Assembly (NCBI GenBank): GCA_002104905.1
Contig: MCFE01000059.1
Span: 62,001 to 126,000, forward strand
DNA length: 64,000 nucleotides
Source: Basidiobolus meristosporus CBS 931.73
Taxonomy: Eukaryota > Fungi > Basidiobolomycota
Direction of reading: 5' to 3'
In this document: positions 38,970-52,017 of the stretch, one piece after another
Layout: the number at the start of each line of letters is the position of its first letter
Position numbering within the stretch: position 1 is the first letter of the stretch
The notes under the pieces: model-generated
Databases searched by the model: none
The model's input: the letters and a program-made list of their open reading frames with translations, nothing else
What the model was told of the DNA's origin: nothing
Program-made: the position numbers and the translations under genes

Positions 38970-41900
38970 TATATGGTATTTCTATGTTGCACAGGTTTCA
39001 GACTACTGATTCCTGATTGGTTGGATGTGCTGTGCCTTTTAGAACCTTCCAGGTCATTCTTGGCATATTTTTGGCTCATAGTGATGTCATCAAGAGTTCC
39101 ACTGATGCCTAGAATCTTGTGGAACCTTGTCATTAGTAATCACTTGGCAATCAGGAAAAGTACTTAAGGGAAAGCAATTCCTCATCAATAAATCATCCCT
39201 TCTATCAGTAACACTTCTACCTTATTGATTAGCAGTTGATCACTGCACCTGCCCTCAACAGTACATCTCAGACCTGCCATCAAGGAGCTTTTCAGGGTAG
39301 TGCACAAGACACACAGAGGCCTTTGGAGACACTTGGAGCACCCAGGAAGCTAGAGAAGCAGGAGCTTTTACCATAGTGGCATATTGACAAAGACACCAGC
39401 AGTTTAGACACAGAGGTTATTGCACCCATTAGACACCTCACACACCTTGAGTTGTGTAGCTTCTCCCAGGAATACCTCTACACCACCACACTGTGAGCAA
39501 CATTGTCCAGATTGCGCCAGCACGCCTTGCTGGATACCTTACCATATCTTGCAACCACAGCACGCCAGCACACGTCAGTCCAGAATATGCCAACACCCTT
39601 TACCAGAACACCTTGCATTGAGTCAACCTGTGTCCGGTCAACGTGCACACTTCAGTGCAAAACTACCAGAACTTGCCAAACTACTCATTTCAACACAAGT
39701 CCATTGGAGTGGACCAAGTTGCGGCAACATGCAGCATCACGTCAAACTCAGCCAAGGGCCATCTCAACTAAAATCCCTGTGAGAAAAAAACCCAGGAGAA
39801 AATCATGCAATTGCTTTGAATTGCTATTATTTGTAAAGATCCTGTCATCCCATTTTTTTGCAATCCAAATTGAGCCATTGCAAATCAGTTATCATAAAAT
39901 TTTTGATATAAGTAATATCAAGGTTGTCTCACATTTGAGACAGAACCCCTATCAATAAGCACCCTGCATATATATACATCATCTGTAATACCAGTGCAGC
40001 TATTGGATCTGTTTTGCACCTACCTGATTGCTTGCATGCTATCTATGATGCCTTGTCCAATCACTAGGATCAGGGATTTACTTGCTCAAAGGGCAAAATG
40101 AGATATTTGATGGCAAGTCAGGTAGCTTATTTAGTAGTCAATGAGCCAATTGGGGGCTGCCAGCTTCAGGATATTTTTGTACCAATTAACTACTGAGATA
40201 CTGTCCAATTGGAGTGATGGTAGCTAAAATGGTAAGTATCAGTGTAGTTTATAGTGTGATACACATTTATTTCCATTTACATATAAGAAACATATCTAAA
40301 TGCCGGATTTTACCTGCCATAATAGCAGTACCTGATTGCACATGTGATGCAAACATTACAAGTAGACGCAATCATCTGTGCCAACCTCATTGTGTCAGAT
40401 TGTGCCATAGTGTGCAAGATTGTCCAAGAACAATCCTGCCTTCTGGTAGCTATAATATTGTGACCAATTATTCTTTACAACCACAGATTGCACCGTGTGC
40501 CCTGGCATGGTACAATGGAACAAGTCTATTGTCTAGTGGTAGTAGTATATCCTCAAAGTCCCATTACTGTAATCAGTATAAATGTGCCACATCTCTAGCA
40601 GCAACATTATATCATGCATTGGCAGATGGCCTGCAATGCTCACTTGGCTACATAAAGTATCCTTAGCATTGTTTACATGGGTGTTGTCTGATTGCATAAC
40701 AGAATAATGCCAGGCTCATGCAGGGTACTGTTGGTATGGGAGATCGGCTGACAAGCCATCAATAAGCCTGCTTCTTCTGAGCTATCACTCTGCATGCCAT
40801 ATTCATAAGGCTGGGGTGTGCCAAAGGTGTCACAAACTCACCTAAGTCAGTTTGTGCAACATGACAAGTATGGCCAGGTGCCATCATAAAAATACCAACT
40901 GGCCAGCAAGATATTGTTAGGACAGTAGTGACTGATGAATGGTCAAATATAACTTGTGTGACAAATACTGGCCATGATCCTTGCAATACTCCCTGTGCTG
41001 TCTGTATGCTTCCTGGCCAAGAGGCTTGCTACAATAGCCATATGGGCTTTCTTGCCTCTGTTGAGGTGTTGAATCAAATTAGTCTTGGCAATTGGGGCAA
41101 ACAATTTGACACTCAACAATGTGATGCTATTGTATCATTTTTCTATAAATACTCACATGGATGTAAGGCAGTCCTGTACTTAAGAGATTGCATCTTCATA
41201 AATATAAGATTCAATGATGAACTGCCATAGTAAGCATGATAAATTAAGTTGTGGCACTAGGTACCTATGTATATTTAACACCTTTTCCCCTTTGGTTGGA
41301 CTCACATCCATATATATGCTGACAACAGCAATAGAAGAATGCTGGGACACCAGCTTGCTTTAACATTCAGCACAACAAGAGGCGCTAAAATCAGAAAAGA
41401 CAATTTTGACAGTGTGCCTACTGAGGGTAATAATGTGGACTCCTCAGTCTCCCAGTCAACTAGTCAAGTGAGAATCTCTCTGGAGCTGCAAGCTGTTAAC
41501 AATGCTCCAATAGATGAGAATGTAGCAAAAGTAGTACTTACAGTTGAAGGCCTGTAAGTGGCCATCTTAATATGACCACCACCTGTACTAGCAAGTACAT
41601 TGTCAGCTCATACCAAAATATTAATGAGACAATTAGGAGCAGTGGCTGATAGAATGGATGCAATGGCCCAGAAAAATTAGGAGATAGCCCAGAAGTAGGA
41701 TGAGAGATTAACACATGTAAAGCAATAAATATCCCTAGTAGAGAAACTGGTGTCTTTGCTGCCAAGAAGGAAGTCAAGTAGCTGAATTTCACAGCCAAGA
41801 ATTGAGCCATTTCCTGGGGTAACAGCAGAGGAACACCATATAGTCTTTGAAGCAAACAACAGTGCCCAAAGATAAAGCCCACAGAAAAACTATCAGGAGC

Positions 41901-43524
41901 TGCAGTGTTTATACTAAAACCCAAAAATCAAAAGATAGTGAAGATCTATCAAACCAATGAATGCAATGATGAAGAGTGGGCTAATATTCAAGAGGCCATT
42001 AGAAGTCTAGCACACCAACACCTTAAGGCTTGCAAGTTGTAGGACCATCAGTCAAGGCCTAGCAGAATGTGTTAGACTTGTTCCATGAGCACTCTCCTGG
42101 ATTGAACAAGCAAATGCATTTTGGGCCAGCCTCAATATACTAAGAAAGTATGTCAGGAATAGCAGAGACTATCAAAGGCAGATGAACAACAATGCAATGG
42201 CCAAAGCAAGCAACTCCCTCATGAGTCTATTACAAATAGGGCTAAAAACTCCAAACAAGCATCAAAGAGCCATCAGGTAGCTGGAAGAATGCAATTAAGG
42301 TAAGTGCAGACTGACATAGATGCACCAGCACATCATTTACAAAGAACAGAGCATAGTGCCACTCACAATGCACTCTGTCAATGTAGCAGTGAAGGACCTG
42401 GCAGCAATAATAGCCAGCAGCTACCTCAGAGGCCTCTCACAACAAGGGCTGAGAGCTAATAACAAGTGGGAAAAAGGGCTATGTTGCTTATAGAATGCTA
42501 GCAAGGGACAATAAGGCCAAAATAGATGTATCAAAGCAGTAGTTATCAAGGAGAAAATGCATTTCATTACAAGAAGCACTCAGTCAAAGTAGCAGTGAAA
42601 GACCTGGCAGTGATAAAAGAAAAGGTAAAGTAAAATAGTCAACCCAAACCAGAGAGAGGGAAGCAGTGAGAAAAGAGCTGCAGCACTTGCTAACTAATGC
42701 TCTAGGCCCATAACAGACTGAATCCCATCATAGTCATGAAGAATTACCAACAAGAAAACAGCTGTTCTCACAAGGGCTGGAAGAGCAGCCATATATTCTA
42801 TACTCTGGTGACAGAGATGACTTAGCAGAGAAATGCAACTTCTCTACCACAGCCTCTACATCCTCCATTGCTGACAAAGTGGATATACCACGGACAGACA
42901 TTGAAACAATGTCCTGAGCTCAAAAGGCTATTGCAATGCCTTCAATGGAATTTGGCAATATTAATAGGCATTCCAAGTGGTTGCAGCACTTCTTCAAGAG
43001 CAGTACTTAAGAAAATACACCTGAATAGTGCATGGATTTATTGCAAAGACTGGGAGGTGTGGTGCTAGACCTTGCTGTGCCAACTGAAGACTGGGACATA
43101 TGGGAACCAGTGAATGAACAGTGGCACAAATCCATATGGTTCCTGCCAATGTCATTGAAACACATTGTTACTGCAGAAATATATATTGAGTGGTGGATTC
43201 TAATGGAGTAAATTATTGAGTGTGAGGTTAGGGGTAATGTTAGCACATGGTATAGAGACTTGTATAGGTCAATACAACCAGCAATTGAGGTACAACTAAA
43301 GTTTCAACAGATATATAGCAATTTATATGCATGAAAGTAAGAGAAATGGTTAAGTCAGGAAGTAAGGAGTGTGAAAAAGAGGAAATAGTCAATCAATGCA
43401 CACAAAAGTAGGAGTTGATAGAGAGCCTGGAATAAGCATGTGAAAAGCCTGCAAGGAATTAATCAGAAGCTACTCATATATATCTTAGCCACTGGACTTA
43501 GAATTTGTGATGGCATCTTTATGT

Positions 43525-44368
43525 TGTAGTGGTGCAAAGCTACTCCTGGGAGAAGTTACACAGCTCAAGGTGTTTAAGGCTTTGGATGGGTGCAATAACC
43601 TCGGGGTCTAAACTGCTAGTATCTTTGTCAATATGTCTATTTGGTAAAAGCTCCTGCTTCTCAAGCTTCCTAGGCGCTCCAAGTGTCTCCAAAGGCCTCT
43701 GTGTGTCATATGCACCACCCCAAAAAGCTTCTTGGTGGCAGGTCTGAGGTGTACCTGCTGAGGGTAGGTGCAGTGATCAGCTGCTAATCAATAAGGGAGA
43801 ATTGTTACTGATAGAGGGAATGATTTATTGATGAGGGATTGACCTTGCTTAAATACTTTTGCAGATTGTCATGTTAATACTAATGACAAGGTTTTATAAG
43901 ATTCCAGGCATCAGTGGAGTTCTGGATGACATCACAATGAGCTAAAAGTACTCCACAAACTTCCTCAAAGGTTCTAAAAGGCATATCATATACCACTAAT
44001 CAGGGTTCAGGAGTCTGAAATTGGTGTAAAATAAACTAAACTAATGTGATTGTTGAGTTTTCCATAAATTATGCATGATGCATCTTGGTTGGCATCAACA
44101 AGGATTGTATCCCATCAATTGCAGGATTTGCTATTTGATTATAGACTTGTGAATAAAGCATTAATAAAAATACCAAGTTATTGCTTGAGGATGGTTTTTG
44201 CAACATAATGATAGTATATGGCAATTGATGGAGATTTAATCATAATGCATGGAAAATTACATAAATAAAGCTGATTGGGCCAAATCAAATCAATACACCT
44301 CAGCCCAATCACCTACCAACTTTAATATGACTTACTCATCTGAATGATCTTTTCTCATCTATCCCATC
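43525..44368 (+). mobile_element. Harbinger-family deletion derivative H4
   Basis: Reverse complement of ~38990-39480 joined directly to ~37670-37990 of H1, so ORF2 is deleted. Confidence 0.7.
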
Positions 44369-44720
44369 TGTTGTGTTGTATTATGATTAGCTTTGGGGCT
44401 TGTTCTACAATGTAGAGGCTAATCAACAATATACAACAACATCCAGTATGCTAATATTGAAATTGTTTATTGGGAGTTTGATAAACCATTAGAAGATATA
44501 ACTTTCACTAATATCCTCAATCTTAGGTTCAAAATATACTATAGGCAGTGTTTCTTGCTTCTACAGCAGTGTTCTGATCTTCTGTCAACTTATGGGCTTA
44601 TTTACTTTTATAGTAATTTTTCCTTATTTGGGAGTCACTTTGCTTTCTGAGAAAATATCTCCTAATATGGAAATTCTGAACTCCCCTTTAACCTATATGG
44701 GTGTGTTGTAGAAGTCTCCA

Positions 44721-47700
44721 TATTGTAAGAATTTGTAATTCCACCTAAATATTCACCTAACTTAGTCACTTAGATCATTACCCTTAATTCCTAGAGAATA
44801 CTGACCAGATTCCTTGTTGGTATTTACTTAGAATATTTTCACCAAAAAACCAGGTACCCAGAACATGAAAATTCTCAAAGTTGTCCAAACAGCCCCAATC
44901 TTTGCACACATGTTCTTGGGACCTTCCTTAACCTATTCTATGTGTTTGTAATGCCAAGACCAGGTAAAAGTATAAATACTACTTTTACATTCAATAAATC
45001 ATCAAGTGAAAACCACATAATCTACTTGTCCTCCCAATCGCTTCCAATATCTCCAAGACTCTTCCAACAGGTTATGAGCCCCAAGCTGTCACTCTCTGCA
45101 ATGTCTACTACTGCTATTACTGGAATTTTTCCCTCTGCTGAAAAGTTGGATGGATCTAACTACCAAGTGTGGAAGGTGAAGATGAAGATGCTGCTACAAG
45201 AAAGAGGCCTTTGGGATATTGTCATGGGAGAATAATGCCCTTCTAAAAACATGGGAGAGGAAGCCTTATAGTACCAGAAGATAGAACAAAGTGCCTTTAA
45301 CTGCATTTGCCTAAATGTCAAGGACAAATTGCTAATTCAATGCTCAAGAGCAAAAACAGCAAAGAATGCCAGGAAAGCATTGGAAGACACCTACCAGTCA
45401 TGTTCAGCTGCCAAGAAAATGTATCTGAGACAAAAATTCTTTATTACAATGATGCTGCCAGGAGAAGAAATGAAAAATCTAATTAACAGAATTACCCTGC
45501 TGGTAGATGAGATGGAATCTGTGGGCGTACCAACTACTGATGAGGATGTGATAGTTACCATCCTGAATAGCCTGACAGACAAGTTTCAAGGCCTTGTATC
45601 AGCCCTAGAGTCCAGAACTGAAGATTTGACCTTAAATTACATATATGGAAGGCTCCTGGATGAAGAATTAAGAAAATCAAGCGCCAATAAGAAGGAAGAA
45701 GAAAATGCTTTAATAAGCTATGATAACCAACAAAGAAGGTACCCAAGACACTACAAAGGTAACAGCAACCAATTTTGCAACTACTGCAAAAGGAAAGGAT
45801 GCACATCAGACCGGTGTCTCAAAAAGAAAGATAATCAGCAAAAGAAGCCTGAATATGGAAATGCTGCAACAACTGAAGATAGACTATTCATATCTGCACT
45901 AAACATGACCACATACAAGGATTCTCAGATGTGGTATATTGACTCTGGAGCATCTCAACACTTTACACACCAAAAAGAACTTTTTACCCAATATCAAGAA
46001 ATTCCAATTAACAAGGTTTTCATGGGTGACAATAGAGCACTTGATGTAGTGGGAGAAGAAACTATTCAAGTAAGCCTTAGAAGCAGTGAAGGAAGCCATA
46101 CACTGACCTTTAAAGAAGTACTCTATGTGCCAGAAATAGCCCAGAACCTACTCTCTGTAAGCAAGGCCACAGCAGAAGGACTCAGTTTCAGTTTGGACAA
46201 TTCTGGATGCAGGAGCACTGATCACAGTGGTGCCCATATTGCTTTGGGCATCAGAGATCAGAATCTATACAAGTTGACATATATTCCATCATATTTGGAA
46301 GCCAGTCTAAGTAACTTAAATGAAGAAACACCAATGCTTTGGCACAGGAGATTTGGACACATCAATTTTGATTATTTGCGCAAAATGATCAAAGATCAGC
46401 TAATTTCTGGAGTGAAAATTGATCCCCCAGCTAATTTAGAGCACTGTGAAGCCTGCATATATGGGAAGCAAGCCAGACAACCGTTCAAGAGCTCTGGGTT
46501 AATCAAAACTAAGAAAAAATTAGATCTAATTCACTCAGATCTGCGTGGACCAATGCAAAATTTATCCTTAGGCGGAATGAAGTATTTAATCACCTTTATT
46601 GATGATTATACAAGATACACATGGGTCTACTTCATGGAGAGAAAGGAAGAAGCTCTGTCTAAGGTCTGGGAGTTTAAAGCCATGGTGGAGAGAGAAACTG
46701 GTGAAGAAATCAAGAAAATTTGCTCTGACAATGTTGGAGAATGTACCTCAAAACTCTTCTTCCACTTCTGCAAAATTCATGGGATAAAGCAAGAGTCTAC
46801 TGTACCATACTCCCCACAGCAAAATGAAGTAGCAGAACGAGCTAACAGATCAATAATTGATATGGCAAGATCTATGATTCAAGATCAAAAATTATCCTAT
46901 GATTTTTGGGCAGAATCAGTTGCCACTGCTGTATACATTAAAAATAGGAGTTATAATACAATACCTTGTGATTCTACTCCATTTGAAGCATGGCATGGAT
47001 ACAGACCAAGTGCAGAACATCTAAGAATATTTGGGTGTACAGCATATGCCAAAAAACTGGCCAGAAATCAGTCAAAATTTGAGCCAAAAAGTGTAAAATG
47101 CATATTTTTGGGCTATTGCAATGAGAGTTAGGCATACAGACTCTACAATACCAAAGCAAAGAAGCTGATCAAGTCCAGGGATGTGTTGTTTGATGAGAAT
47201 TCAAAATTTTCACCAAAAATGACATCAGATGATTACAAAAATTTGATCTCATGTCCACCAATTGTCAGAATTGAATCAGTGCAAAACAATGAAAATTTTT
47301 TTCACTCCAGAGGACTCTACAACCGTGGTTCAGCCAGAATCAGTGCCCAGGAATATTCCAGAAGTGATCATTCCAGTATCAAATGCCCAGAGATCCAATT
47401 GGACAAGAAATAGCCCAAATTGCTATATCAATGAGGGTAAAAACTTAGCCTATGCCTATTCAGTCCATATTGATGAACCCCAGACTGTAAAAGAGGCCCT
47501 AAATAGCCCTCAGACAAAGTTTTGGAGATCTGCAATGACTGAGGAATATCAGGCCCAAATGGAAAATCAAACTTGGGACTTAGTCAAATTACCAATCAAC
47601 CAAAAATCAATTGGATGCAGATGGGTCTTCAAGACAAAATATAAGGCTGATGGTACAGTTGAAAGATACAAAGCAAGACTTGTAGCCAAAGGATACTCTC

Positions 47701-49405
47701 AAACAAAAGGACTTGACTATACTGAGACCTTTGCACCGGTAGCCAAGTTTAATTCCATCAGATTAATATTGGCTATTGCAGCCAAATATAAGTTTTTTAT
47801 TCATCAAATAGATGTAAAAACTGCATTTTTGAATGGAGAACTTGATGAGGACATGTTTATGGACCAGCCTGATGGGTTTGTTGACCAAGATAATCCCCAT
47901 TTGGTCTGCAAGCTGAAAAAGTCACTATATGGTCTCAAACAATCACCAAGAGCCTGGAATTGCAAGATAGATTCTTATTTGGAATCTTTGAGTTTCAAAA
48001 GAAGTAATGCTGACTATAGTATATACTATAAGCCAGATAGAGCAAATCCTGTTCTATTAGCTCTATATGTGGATGATCTTATTATAGCTACCAATAACCT
48101 ACCAACATTGGAAGAGACTAAATCCAGCCTATCTAAAGAGTTCATGATGTCCAATCTAGGAGAACTCAGTTACTACTTTGGGATTAAGTTCTCCATAGAC
48201 AGAAGTACCCAGACTATCACCCTAAGCCAGTCAAGTATATTCAAGATATACTAAAGAAGTACCAAATGGAAGACTGTAAACCGGCAGCTACCCCAATGGA
48301 GACAAACCTTAATTTGGTCAAAACTCAACCAAATCAAGAGAGCTTGGTGCCATCTGAAAGCCCTGACTTTCCTTATCAATCTATGGTTGGCAGTCTGATG
48401 TATATCATGCTTGGAACACGTCCAGATATCTCATATCCAGTGGAAGTTGTCAGCCAACATAATCAGAACTATGGATCTGATCATATTGCTGCAGTTAAGC
48501 GGATTTTTAGATACCTAAAAGGAACTGCTGATATCTGCTTAAGATACACTTATAATGATTCAGAACAGGATCTTGTGGGATACTCTGATGCTGATTGGGG
48601 ACGAAATTTGGAGTACAGAAGATCCACCACATGATACACCTTTCTTTACTGTAAAGGAGCAATTTCATGGAATTCAAGAAAGCAACCAACCATAGCACTT
48701 TCCACCACAGAGGCAGAGTATATGGCAGCCTGTGAAGCTACAAAAGAAGCAATATGGTTAAGAAAACTTTTTACAGATATAGGCCTATGTCAAAAAATGC
48801 CAATTACTTCATTTCAAGATAATCAAGGATGTATACAATTAGGTAGAAATCCAACTTTTCATGCTAGAACCAAGCACATAGATATTGGACATCATTTCAT
48901 ATGTGAAGCTATAGAGAGTAACTTAGTTAGCTTAGTTTACTGTCCTACAGATGAAATGATTGCAGACATATTTACCAAACCATTAGCTAGAGACAAGTTT
49001 GAATATCTTTGGTCAAAATTAGGACTAGTCAGTATAAACATTTAGCTCAGTGGGAGTGTTGTAAAAATTTGTAATTCCACCTAAATACTCACTTAACTTA
49101 GTCACTTAGATCATTACCCTTAAATCCTAGAGAATACTGACCAAATTCCTTGTTGGGATTTACTTAGAATATATTCACCAAAAAACCAGGTACCCAGAAC
49201 ATGAAAATTCTCAAAGTTGTCCAAACAGCCCCAAACTTTGCACACATGTTCTTGGGACCTTTCTTAACCTATTTTATGTGTCTGTAATGCCAAGACCAGG
49301 TAAAAGTATAAATACTACTTTTACATTCAATAAATCATTAAGCAAAAGCCACATAATCTACTTGTTCTCCAAATCACTTCCAATATCTCCAAGACTCTTA
49401 CAACA
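44721..49405 (+). mobile_element. Full-length Ty1/copia family C element, 349-bp LTRs (44721-45069 and 49057-49405), no TSD
   Basis: PBS GGTTATGAGCCC at 45070-45081 and PPT CAGTGGGAG. About 20 LTR differences by eye. Flanks CTCCA and GGTTA differ. Confidence 0.96.
45102..49045 (+). pseudogene. Copia C gag-pol, with several stops and frameshifts
   Basis: ORFs 45329-47131 (WYIDSGAS, HSDLRGP), 47262-48254 (DVKTAFLNG, LYVDDLII), 48266-48634 (YSDADWG) and 48722-49045 (TKHIDI). Confidence 0.93.
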
Positions 49406-49427
49406 GGTTATGAGCCCACACTTTAGG

Positions 49428-49620
49428 CCTAAAGGGGTGTCTTTAGTGTAAAGGGGCTTCTTGTAGTGGTCACTAAAGTGGACTTTACACTAAAGGGGTG
49501 CCTAAAGGGGCTTCTTTAGATAAAGGGGTTTCTTAAAGGGGTCTCTAAAGGCGTCTCTAGACTCAAGGGGTGTCAAAAGGGATGTCTTTAGAGTAAAGTG
49601 GCTTCTTAGAGGGGACTTTT
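49428..49620. repeat. Degenerate tandem array of TAAAGGGG-like units
   Basis: About 9-10 irregularly spaced TAAAGGGG/TAAAGTGG/TAGAGGGG motifs. Confidence 0.7.
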
Positions 49621-50250
49621 CCAACAGAAAAGTGGTAGTTTCTTGTAGAACTTAGATTGGATTCTTGTGAGCTTTGCAGTTTCTTTACTGATGTAGTACC
49701 AATCAAAGTCAGAGTACCCAGCAGTGCAAGTGATGCAGGGGAAGTCTTATAGCCTTTAAACTTGTAATTGTAGTGTGGTGATTCTGAAAAGAGAGGCTCT
49801 CCTTTATTTTCAGCTGGGGAAGTCATATATATGAAATTTCTGAAGGATCATAGTTTTTGAGCAATTGCGCAAGCAATACATGTGATACAGAGCTAAAATT
49901 TTGTGGTGGCACAGATTGAACTTAAGCGTAGCACCTATAAGAGTATCACATGATTTGGTTGGCTGGTTCACAAGTTACACGCAAGCAAAGTCACCATAGT
50001 AATCATAGCAATAATGGCCTAGTATATATAATAATTGGACTCTTTTGGTCATAACTCCTTAGGTACTGCTTCAAATGAGCTGTAATATGAAACATGTGTT
50101 GGCTACTGTGTGTTCTGTATGACATATTATTCTTGGGTGGATTGCTTGTCAGGGTCTGGAGTATTTGTCCTTCAAAGTTGGAATTTCTTGATCTTTCACT
50201 TATGTGTTACAACAGCAAAAAGCAAAATGGAATACTTTCCATTACCACAC

Positions 50251-52015
50251 ATCACTACCACTGGATTTCCTTTTGACACACTAGAGGAGATCTATACCAA
50301 GTACTGTGTACCATCTATCCCAATCTACTCAAGGAGATCCCTTGTTAAGCTTCTCTGCTATTACAAGAACTATTGCCCCACAAGGTTTCATCCCACCATC
50401 CATGGCAACAAAAGTCCTAGGAGCTTTCATTCCCAGCTGACAGCAATGGAGAACTACCTTGCAGAGGGTACAAATGACTTAGAGCAAGCTTGGAATACTA
50501 GGTTCAGAAGCTACAATAGACTTCCATATCCCAGAGTGTTCAGCAACAGGTTCCATATCAGGAGTATTTTGGATACCTTCCCAGTCAGGATTAACAGACC
50601 TTCTTGAGGGCAGAGGCACTTTTATTCTAGCAAGTACAAGTCACACTGTGCTAAGTTTAAGCACTGTCTGACAGTGAGTGTAGCATCATCTGGTTTAGTG
50701 GGCCATTTGCTGGAAGTAGACATGATAAAGCACTCTGGGTAGAGAATCATCCAGAATTCAGTATAGGGGAGAAATGTATGGCAGACTTAGCTGATATAGG
50801 AGAGGATTGCCAGAGATTAGGATGTATTACAGCATATAGGAGGCCAAGGAATGGTGTGCTTGGCAGGAAGCAGAAGCTCTACAATGAGATATTTAATCAT
50901 TTCAGAGTGAGGGAAGAGCATACACTTGGATATCTGAAGAGATTCAGCATATTGGCTAGTAAGTACAGAGGAGAGTCATATATAGGAGAAAACAGCAGAA
51001 TAGACTTGTTCCGTTGGATAGTGCCACATTGAGCCATGAGTGCCAAATAGTGCCATAGTGTGCCTGAGAGTCATAGCAGACCTAAACTTGGCCACAGAGT
51101 GTGACATATAGTTCTTCATATTCATGCAAAGCAGCCCCTGTGTTACACCTATGGTGCAGGAGAAAATCAATTTTTTAACCTTTTTTTTGGGATCAAAATT
51201 GTGCATGACATAAAAGAGCACAGACAGACTGAAGATATGCATCTGGTACACAATACCCATGGCACTCTAAATCTAGCCCCACAGGCTTGTAGCATGTCAC
51301 AAAAATGCATGGCACTATCTTGATCCACTGGTACCATCTGGCACTATATTTAAATATTAGCCCTAAAGTAGAACCTATACAAAGCACTTATAGTGCCAGA
51401 TGGTACCAGTGGACCAAGATAGTGCCATGCATTTTTGTGACATGCTACAAGCCTGTGGGGCTAGATTTAGAGTGCCATGGGTATTATGTACCAGATGCAT
51501 ATCTTCAGTGTGTCTGTGCTCTTTTATGTCATGCACAATCTTGATCCCAAAAAAAAGGTTAAAAAATTGATTTTCACCCGCACAGTAGGTGAAACACAGG
51601 GGCTGCTTTGCATGAATATGCAGAACTATATGTCACACTCTGTGGCCAAGTTTAGGTCTGCTATGACTCTCAGGCACACTATGGCACTATTTGGCACTCA
51701 TGGCTCAATGTGGCACTATGCAACGGAACAAGTCTAATAGGTAAAATAGTCAACATACTTATTGATGCACATTATATTCATGCAAGAAGACATCCACTGA
51801 GAGAAATGTGTTGGGATTATTATGAAGAGTAAATAAAGCAAGGAAAGCACTATTCTGAGCAACCTAAGTAAGATTGAGTAAAATTATTAGTAACTATATC
51901 CTACCACTGGCATTATGGTAGAAATTATGGTGCCAGATGGTGCCATTGGGTGCTAGACTGATCCAGCACTATAAAAGGGCTGGCACTATGTGGCACTATC
52001 CAGTGGAACAAGTCC
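50251..52015 (+). mobile_element. Harbinger-family copy H2 (transposase 3' part and terminus), interrupted by a fold-back element
   Basis: Reverse complement of 36637-37665. ORF remnants ILDTFPVRINRP and MADLADIG...REEHTLGYLKRF. Ends GTGGAACAAGTCC. Confidence 0.85.
51002..51735. mobile_element. Intact 734-bp fold-back MITE (arms ~345 bp, spacer ~40 bp) with 3-bp TSD AAT
   Basis: AGACTTGTTCCGTT...AACGGAACAAGTCT. Removing it restores CAGCAGAATAGGT, as found uninterrupted in H1. Confidence 0.93.
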
Positions 52016-52017
52016 AT

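Larger units (their letters stand above)
36637..40527 (-). mobile_element. PIF/Harbinger-like (IS5-related DDE_Tnp_4) element H1 with TIRs AGACTTGTTC and an imperfect 3-bp TSD (ATC/ATT)
   Basis: AGACTTGTTCTG at 36637 and GGAACAAGTCT ending at 40527. The flanks rejoin into the CMC transposase. Contains two divergent ORFs. Confidence 0.75.
36086..43500 (-). mobile_element. CMC/EnSpm copy C (inverted relative to A), split by Harbinger H1
   Basis: 36086-36636 and 40528-41230 are the reverse complement of copy A ~5050-6325 and join across H1. ~41330-43320 is ORF2 on the plus strand. Confidence 0.8.

Noticed and set aside
49428-49620. Interstitial telomere or CRISPR-like array
   Set aside because: Units are irregular and degenerate, with no TTAGGG run and no constant repeat/unique spacer pattern; the context is eukaryotic.
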